Shown: positions 1 to 10,590 of the stretch, piece by piece | Numbering within the stretch: position 1 is the stretch's first letter | Layout of the letters: each line of letters begins with the position of its first letter | Assembly: GCA_904063045.1 (NCBI GenBank) | Contig: CAJFCJ010000009.1 | Span: 1,674,968-1,738,967, forward strand | Reading direction: 5' to 3' | DNA length: 64,000 bases | Source: Dimorphilus gyrociliatus | Lineage: Eukaryota > Animalia > Annelida | The notes under the pieces: generated by a model | Database searches by the model: none | Told to the model about the DNA's origin: nothing | What the model saw: the letters and a program-made list of their open reading frames with translations, nothing else | Position numbers and translations under genes: made by a program

Positions 1-640
1 AGAAGTATCTATAGCCTATTGGGTACACAGGCATTTAAAATTATATACTTTTCCACCAAAGTATATGCCTTTTTCAACACCAAGAAGAGATGAGTTTGTT
101 TTTTTTTCGTACAATATTTTTTAAAGAAATTATTAATTATCTCTTCCCTCCTTGTTATTCAGGTGGTCAAAATATGGCTTTAATAATGATACATATTGCA
201 AAGAAGTCAGAAAAATACCTCCATATAGTTCCGATTGGTATTATCACGACCTTTTTGATTTTAGTTTGGTCGACACAATAATGCATCATTACGATAGCAA
301 ACACTACGTTATTCATGACCATTCTAAAGCTCATGGTTTAACCGTAAGATTGGATCATGGAAGAACTTTTTGTTCTTTATCTTTAGACGAATACGATGTA
401 TTTTTAGTACCAATAACACAATGTTGTAAAATTCGTAAGAAAACTTGGAAAACTATTGAAAATTTTGAAGAAGGAGATATATCTAATAGGTTGAAGCAAT
501 CACTTAAAACTGATCCAATTGCTCCAATTCTTTTGGATGCATGGTATCCAGTTATAGAAAGAAGATTAAAGAAAATTAAAGAAGTAATAACAAAATGTGC
601 AGATGCCAATGGTTGGGATAACGTTTTAGTAACTGCATAA
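1..640 (+). CDS. FAM20-family Golgi/secretory-pathway kinase, C-terminal part (5' end lies outside the window)
   Basis: An exon to 93, a GT-AG intron at 94-162, then DTYCKEVRKIPPY...FDFSLVDTIMHHYDSKHY...RLDHGRTF...PITQCCKIRK...DPIAPILLDAWYPVIERRL. This aligns with the FAM20 C-lobe motifs (DYCEEVKQTPPY, DRHHY, HLDNGRGF, PLQQCCRIRK, APVL). Confidence 0.8.
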
Positions 641-986
641 TATTTTATTAATATTCCGATTTTAATAAATTTTTTGTTTTAATGTAATTAGATTTACTGT
701 CTATCTTTTTTAAGTCAATTGCTGCAATATTATACAGTATATGTAAATTTTGTCGGATATGTAATATTAGTGTAAACGAAAATCTTTACCAAATCTACAT
801 CCTGAATATCATGGCCCTCATACATGTAAAGTCCTATTTTTTTTTCTATGAATAGAAAATAAAATGAATTGATTGAAAATTTTGAATTGATATCTTCTGA
901 TTTGTTCTCATATCTTATTTCTTTTCTTTTTTAATAGAAAGCATAACAATAACAATAGAAATTTTTCGTATAAAACGAATATTTTC

Positions 987-3107
987 TCAAAATGCTGAAA
1001 ATGTCTCTTGTAGATGTTCCATTTTCTTTCTTGAATCGCCAAATATTGTATTATATATTCCAGGACATATATATTCCGATCTAGCTAATACTATATAAAA
1101 ATCTCCAGGCTTATTCAGATCCAAAATGTCTCTTAACATTCTCCAATCGACCTTTTCGCCTCTAAAATAAAATAAGACGAGATCAGTTTAATAAAAGTGG
1201 ACTTAACCTTTAACATAGAGATATTAATAATAATTGGATAGCACTTACTTCATATCCTTAATTAATTTAACCAGAGTAACCGATTTTAAGTCTAAAACAC
1301 CTATGAAATTTTCGATATGTCTCTTCCTAATTGATTCGACCTCAGATAAAGTACTCATCTTTACGAAAACAGATAAACATATAATAATATATTTATGCTG
1401 TATATACAAACATTAAATATATAAAATACCTCTGTTAAAAATTGAGTAACAAGAGTCTCTTCTTCGCGGCATTTAGCGAGCTCTAACCTTTTGAATAAAT
1501 GAATCAGATATACTACTGATAAAGAATTTATACCTTATTTAATTATATAATTAATCATATTATGAATATCTATACTTACTTATCAATAAAAACTGTCTCG
1601 TGCAGATTGAAGTTTTCCCACAGTGCTATTGCTTCTGCTTTAGCCACAGCTTGATGAGTTCCCTTAAACTTTTCAAATAAAAATGTAGTACTAACAGTCT
1701 TCGTTTGTAGGTCTATGATTGCTCTTGGTTCATCAGACGCATATATATTAATTAACAGCGAATTTGACTTGAAATTATTCTAGAAATTAAACAGAAAAAA
1801 AACGATTGAATATTAAATGATTAGAAGCTTATCGATTTAACTTACTTTATCAATAATTATACCCTGTAGAGATATATCTGGTGTAAAAGTATTCTTTATT
1901 AATGTTGTTGCAGTTTTTCTTCTATTTTCACTCATCATACTACTTAAAGTATGTAGAAACTATATTTTATATATATATATAAAAAAATTATTAAGTTTTG
2001 ATAGTATTCTATTATATTTATAATATAATTATTCTATTATTTACCTGATCTATTTCACTAGCATATTGACCAAATACTATTGCGTTACAATTGCATATGA
2101 GAAAGGAATATATAGCCTTCTTTAACAAGTCATCCGATAACATTGAAGTATTAAAAAAAGTTCGTTGACTCTTTAAAAAATAATTTGAATAATAGATTAA
2201 TTATGATTTAATTAATTATTATTATTAATTACATTTATTTCTTTCGGAAAAGAATATTTTGATAAATAGCTTAAGCCCAGTAGAAATTCCTTTAGCATTC
2301 CAGTTATACTTTGACAAGCCTTCTCCAAATTAACCTAAGTATATGATATATTAAAAATAGTTTGAATAATATTGTAAAAGTTAAAAAATTATGAAATACT
2401 TTATGCATTAATATTCTCAATTTATGAATTATCCTTCTTATCCAATTTGACCAAAATTCATGTATTTGCAGGAAAAATGAAAGATTTTCTGTACTCATTA
2501 ATAATACTAGACTATGAATAGCCATTTTAACTGGAGTTGATAAAGCACCAAATAAATGGGAATTTACTGATAACGATTGCTCTTGAATTGAGTAAATTCT
2601 ATAGTCATCCTCATTGACAAAGGGATCTCTAGATATTTCTGAACTGAGGGTTAATTTAGCAGTATATTTTAAAACTTTTGTAGATGTTTTATTGAGTTTA
2701 TCTGTTTTAAGGAGAACATTCGTTAATAATTGTCAAATACGAAACGGCTTTTAATTCAATACTATTTCTGTACTTATAGCTATTGTCTTACAGAGAAACA
2801 AAGTAGATCAATTAGGCCTAGCTTTAAGATTATTATTCTTTTCATAAACTATAGTACAGTAATTAATAATTTTTATAAATTTTCAATAAGGAGAAACCGT
2901 TAGTCAATTATTTTGGTATAATTATTATCATATGACTTTAAAAAGCTGCTAATTAAGATGGGAAATTTTACCGCTAGAAGTCCATATATTCCTTGCTTGA
3001 GGACCAATTATATCATTCCACTGACATAGCACCATGGATATTAAACTACATTCGTTAAATTCATCTACTTCTGTAAATGACAAGACTTTATCACAGCTTT
3101 GAGACAT
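987..3107 (-). CDS. C9orf72: C9orf72 homologue (longin/DENN-fold subunit of the C9orf72-SMCR8 complex), multi-exon
   Basis: Manual translation of the minus strand gives N-terminal MVLCQWNDIIGPQARNIW (cf. FAYWDNILGPRVRHIW) and SLVLLMSTENLSFFLQIHEFWSNWIRRIIHKLRILMHK (cf. LSIILPQTELSFYLPLHRVCVDRLTHIIRKGRIWMHK). The last exon reads LDLNKPGDFYIVLARSEYICPGIYNTIFG, with a TGA stop at 989-987. Confidence 0.85.
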
Positions 3108-3237
3108 AATTCTTCAAATTAAACAACAAATGGCTCATGAAAACACTCGAAATATTCTTTAGCGCCAGTGAAAACTGGTTAAGAAAATTTTGGCCAAAAC
3201 TTGTTTGAAAATTATATTTATAAAATAAATAAATATT

Positions 3238-4007
3238 CTAAGAATTACGCAATATCACATCTCTATCATACAGTGTATCGCATATGGAATTCAAAATACC
3301 AGAAATTGACAATAATTCAGATAATCCGTTTTCGGATGGTGAACTGTTAGTAATTTTAAGGACGTTAATTTTCCAATGATCAGTGAACGATCTAATATCG
3401 TCGACAGAAACTGCTGAACGATGGTGTAAATCCAATTTTGTACCCATAACTATCTTGGTACAGTCATTTTCAGGTTTTAAGATACGGGAAAACATTCCCG
3501 GAACGTCCTGCCAACTTGCCCTGTCGGTGAAGGAAAAGATGAATATAACTCCATCAACCTGAAAAATAACAAATTTATCTTTTAAGGCAAAATTCTTGTT
3601 AATATATTCTTGTTATTCTTTACATTATTTGTGCACGAATCCAGTAGATAATCAAATTTCTTCAATACTCCTTCGCCAGCCTCCCATAGTTGTAATTTAA
3701 AGATTATTGGCGATTTTTCTTCTAATAATTTAACTGGCCAGTATAAATGATTAACTTCGATGCCAGCAGTTTCTGTATGTTTTAAAGGAATCTCCGATCC
3801 AAGTAATTTTCGGATGGTGGACGATTTTCCTACAGATCTTCTTCCCACAAGGAACAATTTATAAGCATATTCGGAAGGACTTCCCGGAAAACATGGCCTC
3901 TCTAAATAGGAATAAACTTTCCTCTTTCCTGAATGTTTATCTGTAAGAACTTCTAAGAAGCGCCGGCCTTCATCAGTATGCAGCCAATCCGGTGAAACAT
4001 GCTTCAT
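3238..4007 (-). CDS. CPLANE2: Ciliogenesis and planar polarity effector 2 (RSG1), atypical Rab-like small GTPase, 2 exons
   Basis: N-terminal PDWLHTDEGRRFL and YSYLERP, P-loop KLFLVGRRSVGKSS, TETAGIEV, FKLQLWEAGEGVLKKFDYLL. Exon 2 reads DGVIFIFSFTDRASWQDV...VMGTKLD. One intron at about 3563-3620. Confidence 0.85.
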
Positions 4008-4347
4008 CTTGTTGTTTATAAACAAGCTAGGCTCGCACTGATTTAGTTAAGTAGGACTGCACTATTGTTTTATTTTGAATATTAACGTCTTTTAAAATTC
4101 TATAAAATAAGATTATTTAGGTTCATCAATCCTATTAATTACTTGAAATAATTAAAAATTCTATTATTTGGTTTATTAAATTTAAGAGGCAAACGAATGT
4201 ACGCTTTATTAGTTAAAAGAAAAGAAAAGAAAGCAACACGACATTTATGAAACGTATAGAATTTTTAGATAGACTTTAAACTACATTATCTTTTTTTTTT
4301 ACATAGGAAAATAATAAATATTATTACATCAACTGTTTGAAAATCTT

Positions 4348-4881
4348 TTAAGACGTGTAGTCGGAAATAGTTCTTCGCAAAGATTCTATTACGTTATCAG
4401 CAATCTTGGCTTTCAACAGTTGTTGCTCTTTTATAGGTCATCGAATGAGGGGGAAGTGAAGAGAAAGGATTTAAAATTGCATTGTTATTGTTCTTACTTC
4501 TTTTCTTTAGAAAGTATATAATACTTAGAGACAAGATAAAAATAATGCTAATAAATCCAGTTGAATATAGAAGTATATCCGATTTTCTACCTTCTATACT
4601 GATTATATATACTGTTTATATCAGATAGAAATCTTATAAATAAAAAATTTACTTTACATTTTTATATCTACTTGTTCATTCAATTGATCTTTCCTTGATA
4701 AAATTTGATCCAGATTATCTCCTTCACTTTCCAAAGAATCGATATCACGTTTAAAAACGATACCTGTATTATATTTTGAATCTAGATCGAATATTCTTGA
4801 ATAATTTACTATTGAGAAACTATAACAAATTTTCAATACTGCTAAGAATTTTAGTAAATTATAAATGTTAAGAGAATACAT
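4348..4881 (-). CDS. Orphan small type-I membrane protein, about 134 aa, 3 exons (4881-4658, 4598-4498, 4427-4348)
   Basis: Two GT-AG introns of 59 and 70 bp join in phase into one ORF. It encodes a signal-peptide-like N-terminus, a short acidic ectodomain, hydrophobic ILLYSTGFISIIFILSLSIIYFL, basic KKRK and a 25-aa tail. No family recognised. Confidence 0.6.
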
Positions 4882-5128
4882 GATCTACTTAAAAAAATAA
4901 TATTTTCCACTTTGTTTTTTTAAAAAAAAAGGGTGAAGTCATTTTATTTTCTTCATAGTTTTATTTAATACGCTTTATTGAAACTTTAAAAAAAAGGAAG
5001 TCTTTACAATACTTAATTAGGAGAACAAAACATGAACTTTTTCAAAAGAGGTTAATTTGTTTTTATAAGAACTTATAGATGACAGAAAAAGTAACCCTAT
5101 TCTATACTATATCTAAAATTCTATATCT

Positions 5129-5482
5129 TTAAGATCTAGCGTTTTTACCGCATTCAATCAAACATTCTCGTACTAGCAGCTTGGCTTGAGCAATTCCTTT
5201 CTTTAGTCTTTCCGAACTGGATTTATTTCCAGCGTAAGTGGGTCTAATATCATTTCCGATATCCTCGATAACTTCCAATAATTGAGAATATTTACTCATC
5301 CCTTGTACGTCTCTTGGTGGTTTAGGAGCAGCAAGAGAATTGAGAGATGAACCTGGAGGAGGCGTTCTCCTAACGGCTTTTGCTGGTGGAGTGTTCTTAA
5401 GTTGTCCAATTCGAGGAGTTGCGGGAGTTACAGGAGTTGTTGGAGTAGACATTTCAGAATTATTTGGTAGTTGTTCCGACAT
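5129..5482 (-). CDS. CDK2AP1: CDK2-associated protein 1/2 homologue (DOC-1, NuRD subunit), intronless
   Basis: C-terminal [55 protein letters not shown] matches the CDK2AP helical hairpin ([36 protein letters not shown]...VRECL). Confidence 0.93.
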   Translation of the reverse strand: MSEQLPNNSEMSTPTTPVTPATPRIGQLKNTPPAKAVRRTPPPGSSLNSLAAPKPPRDVQGMSKYSQLLEVIEDIGNDIRPTYAGNKSSSERLKKGIAQAKLLVRECLIECGKNARS

Positions 5483-6476
5483 ATTGCAAGTGGTAGTTAA
5501 CTTTAGATATAAGAAATAATGTATATATAAGTGATTTCCACTCTTTGCGAATGAAGACTGATGAGAACTTGAGATTGTCTACAAGTTCTCTTCGTATTTT
5601 ATTTAACGCCAAATTAAACTGATAAGGCAGCCATCGCATTAAAATGCATAAATACCCTTATCTTATCCATATTAACAAATGCTGGACATTGCAATAAAGA
5701 ATTAATAAAAGATCATATAAATACTGTAAAGCGTTTTTAATAACATACAGCTGAATGTTAAATTACCTCTTCCGTATATTTCCTTTCTTCTTTCAAGCAG
5801 AACTATTTGATTACGTCAAATTCGTGTCTGTAATCCAAATGAAACTGTCATAGAATAACATGAGAAATATAATACGAAAGCAATCTACCCAGGGCGGGAA
5901 ACTTAAATTAGAGAGTTTTCGATCATTTGTATTGTTTTATCTATTAATTGCTTTGTAAACAAACCTTACAATTAACACAGAGGGGGGAGAGAAAGGGTGA
6001 GTGTCTTAAAAATTGGATACAATTAGACCATCGATAACGCTTGACCAAGCAGGTGAGATGATAAGCAAATCGTTATCAATTTTCTAGAATTTATCTTACT
6101 ACTCGACAACTCCCATCTAAATATGGTTTAGTTATTAATCAGAGGATAAAGAACAATAAGGTAAAATTACGAAAAATTGGCTAAAATACAGAATAAGAAT
6201 GATTATAGCATATTTAGGAGATTTAAACTAGCTCAGAAGTTTATATGAAGTACTAGCTGGTAGCTGTATTATTTAGGAAGAAAATATTGATAAATTATGG
6301 AACAATTTATAGAACGTAGATGTCATAAACAGCAATTTATGTTATCGGCGGGAGATGGAGATAAACTGGTTCCATGGGGAGAAGACTGGCTCCCTGTCTA
6401 ATCACATGTATAGAGTACTGGGGAAGATTGGTGGTTGCTGGGTATAGTGATTTTTCAATCGCTACAAATCTAAAAT

Positions 6477-8240
6477 ATGTCAAAAGATGACTGGATTTAT
6501 TTATTTCTTCTATTTTTATCAATACCACTTGGTTTCCTAACAGCTAAACTACCTTCTGGTGTTATTAGAAAATTATTTTCAACATTCGTTGGTTTGCTTT
6601 TTACAGTTTGTGTTTGTGGCAATGAAACAATACATTCAGTAATTACTGTTGTAGTAAATTGTCTTATTATTAAGGTTTTCCATAAACAGGGGTTAGTGTC
6701 GTTATATAATTGTTACCATTTCTAATATAATTTCAATTATTATATACAGATTAAGTCATATAGTAAGCTTTATATGGTGCTTTGGTTATTTGGGTATATT
6801 TAGAACACTTCATTTATTAGGAGTGCAAGAAAATCCTGTATCTGGTCACTCTAATGCTATACAACTATTTATAACTTTAAGGGTAAGTTTTTATTGGATT
6901 TGTTACGTATAAATACTATAAATCGTTAACTATAAATGAAATATAATAACAAACAAAGATGATTGGATTATCATTCGAAATACACGATTCAATCACCTTG
7001 AAAAAGAAATTGAAAGAATTACCGAACGATGAAAAATTAAACTTAAAAATGAAATATACGTCGATATTTCCTGGAATTTTCAGTATGTTTTGCTACGGTT
7101 ATAGCTTTACCGGACTTTTATCTGGTAAGATTATAATATAATGTTCTTTTATTCTTTTTTTATATGATTCAGACACTATAATATTCTTATTTAATTAACA
7201 AAAAAGGTCCTTACTACAAATATCGAACATATATCGATATGATTACAACTAATACATCTATTCAACGAACGGAAATGATAATCAATAAAATGATCTCAAT
7301 GATACCCATTGCCATAATATATTTAATAGTTTCAAAATTATACAATATACATGTAAATATTCAATTTTAAAGATACTTTATATTCGTAAATTGTTAATTG
7401 TTATTTTATTCTATTTCTTATCGATTTTTGTTGTTTTTTTTTAGGATTTTGAACAACCCGGTTGGGATGATTATTCGCTGCTTTACAAAATGGCTTTTAT
7501 GTTCCCTGCATTTATAGTATTTAGAACGAGATTATATATTGCCTGGCTTTTAGGCGAAGTTATGTGTATAGCTAGTCTGTTGGGAGCTTATCCGAAAGAA
7601 GCTGAAAGTTCATCTGGATACGGACCTAGAAATTTGGAAAAGTTAGATAAAGTTTTATCCGACGATAAAGAGATTATTTATGATTTTGAAACTATAAGAA
7701 GTATTGATTTCTACTTAACCGAATTAGCTCCAACCGTTAAAGAAGGAATGAGAGGTTGGAACATGAGTGTTCAATTCTGGTTAGCGTCATGCGTCTATAA
7801 AAGAGTCCAGTTTGGTGGTTATATCTTTGGGTTTGTATTTTATAAATTAATACGTTAATTATTAATCTTTCATAATAACACAATATAGAGCATTTATCAC
7901 GATGAGTGTCAGTGCATTCTGGCACGGAATACATCCAGGATATTATTTAAGCTTTCTAACTATCCCTCCAAATCTACTCTCCGAAAATATTATGAGAAAA
8001 GCATTAAGATCTAAGAAAACCGAAAGAATTTTCGATTGGCTATGTTGGTTCTGTAAGATGAGAAGTTTTGAATATATGAATATGGGATTTTGTCTTCTTA
8101 CTTTTCAAAGTACCGTGAATTTTTGGAAAAGTACCTATTTTTGTGGCCATCTTTTCATTCTATCTTTCATTATTATTGGATCTATTATTAATAATTTAGG
8201 CTTAAGTTTGAACAAACAAAAGAAACATAATTTAGAATGA
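6477..8240 (+). CDS. MBOAT7: Lysophosphatidylinositol acyltransferase 1 (MBOAT7), about 6 exons
   Basis: N-terminus MSKDDWIYLFLLFLSIPLGF (cf. MSPEEWTYLVVLLISIPIGF), then LSGPYYKYRTYIDM, FRTRLYIAW, WNMSVQFWLA and SAFWHGIHPGYYLSFL with the catalytic His. Confidence 0.92.
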
Positions 8241-8265
8241 ATTTTTGTACTTTTATTTAAAAATA

Positions 8266-10432
8266 TTAATAACTTTGTTTGTCAGCTTTTCTCTTCTTTC
8301 TAAATCTCGTTGGAGACTGACTGGATTTTTTATTCAACTGAGTTTTTTTTTGTGTTAATGATGCAATCTGAAATTTAGAATTTACAATAAATTTTTCAAG
8401 TTTTCTTACTCTATCTTTCTTTACCTTTTGCCTCATATTTTCAACGGAGATTGGCATCTTTATATCATTGTGTTTGGTATCGTAGGATTTTGCTAAAACT
8501 TCTTCGTCTGATGATATAAATTCTAGATTTTTGTCAAGATCGGTATAAGAAATCGACGGTACAATGACAGCTGATTGTTTTTTGCCAACTGTCCTTGCTA
8601 TAATTGGTACTACAAATTGGCTTTGTTTGGAGGGATTATGTAAAAGATCTTTTTGCTCATAGTAATAAGCCATAGAGATAATCTCATTTACCCTTTGCTC
8701 TAAAATACCTAAGAATATCATAACATTCGATGGTTTTAAATCATCCGAATCTAGCATTTCGTGTAGAATTGACCTATCACATTCAGAAACATGTAGTAAA
8801 TTTTCAATATGTCGCTTTAAATCATTAAATTGCGTATTTATTGAGAAAAATTTCCTCTTAACCTCTTCAGCCTCTTCATTTATCTCTGATAACTCTTTTT
8901 TTAGATCTTCAAAATTACTCTTCCTTTCAAAATTAACAATTGTATCTTCATTATTCAATAAACCTTTTCGTAATTTATATTTTGTTGCTTGTTGCCTTAG
9001 CATCTCAATTTCGGAGTGTAATTCTTCAACTAGCTTAAAGAGGGCAAAATTTTTCTCTTCGTAACCTCTATAATTTTCTATAACAACTTCAATTTCATCT
9101 TCATTTGTGACTGCTCTTATTTGTTCAAAAGCATCTTCGTAACTTTGAATAAGTTCTCTTTCGTTTTTCATCGGTTCTGATTCGGCTGTTTGAATTTTTC
9201 TCTTGGCTTCTTCAATTGATTTCAAGCTTTCGCGATCATTATTCTTAGTCAACATAAAGTTTTTCATTTTTTCATCGTGAAGTATTATTCTTTGTAAATC
9301 TTTCAATTCCGTTTCGTGATTATATCTATCTTTTTCAAATCGCTCTTTTAAAGCGGCAATCTTAACTCTATATTCATCTCTCTGCTCAAAAGCTATCTTT
9401 GATTCTTCCATATCTTCGATCATCTTTGACCGACAATCTTCAAGTTCATTAAATAGTTTCGTATAAATAGTTTCATAGTTTTTTCTCTTTTTCTGTAGAT
9501 TATCTATAGCTTCTCTATACTCTCGATTGCGAGTTAAAGTCTTATTAAATCGTACTTGAATCTTAAATAATCAATATTTTTCAATGCAATTTATATATAT
9601 CGAAACAGTTAAATTACAATTATTAATTACTGAATGTAATCTATCCTTAAGAGTTTTCGCCTCTAATTCTAGCTTTTGCATTTGTTCAATATCAAACCTA
9701 CTACTATTGCCAAATCCTGTTTTACGTCGATTTTGAATGCTCTTTTCTAAAACTTGATACTAAACATTTCAAAATGAAGATTTTCATTTTTCAAGTACAA
9801 GTATCTAATTACCTCGTAATCCATTTCATCAATTTTCTCCCTTTCCCATAAAATCGAAGTTACAAGTTCTCTTATAATATCGTAAAGGTTCATTATTTTG
9901 TTAGATAGCCTATAGTTTTTATTTAGAACAATATAGGAATGTTATACTTTTCTCTTTAAATGGACTACTAACCCAGATTGATGATTTGTATTGTCTTTGT
10001 TTTGTATGAGTACTGATTGAATATTTAAATTCACTTCTTCTTTTTCTAATTGTTCTAATGCTGCTCTGTCGATAAGTCAAGTTTTTGATTAATGAAATCT
10101 TAAGTATACTTTAAAAAATCAACCTACATTCTTCTCTTTTGTTTGGCATTGTATACTTTACTAACTTGTTGATTACATTGAATCATTCGCCTATAACCTT
10201 GCTGTAGTCTGTATAATTCGTCATCCAGAGCTTGACCCTCAATCAGCTCATCAACATCTGATATCTCTTGTTTATTACTCTTAGACATTAGTCTATCTAT
10301 TTGTTTTTCTTTTTCAGACTTTGACTTTTTACCAAGGGATTCTAACTGTTCCAATTTATCCAAGGCGCGTTCAAGTTCCTTAGTTGAGGTAACATCTTTA
10401 GGTCCGGCAGTATTTAAACTAGATCTTATCAT
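8266..10432 (-). CDS. ODAD1: Outer dynein arm docking complex coiled-coil protein (ODAD1/CCDC114-CCDC63 family)
   Basis: Long coiled coil with family-like segments FNKTLTRNREYREAIDNL, SKIAFEQRDEYRVKIAALKERFEKD, ELKDLQRIILHDEKMKNFMLTKNNDR, EEKNFALFKLVEEL and NVMIFLGILEQRVNEI. Several 55-70 bp introns. The paralogue assignment is ambiguous. Confidence 0.75.
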
Positions 10433-10590
10433 TTTGAAAGGGAATAAATAAAATAATATTACAAGTCTTTTTTTAAAATACTTCAATTGACATCATTTAT
10501 TTAATAAGCTAACTGAACAGTATAAATAATTAAGAAAAATTGTAATTCTGCAGGTTTGATATGAAAAAAGAGATGAACGCTAAAATATCT

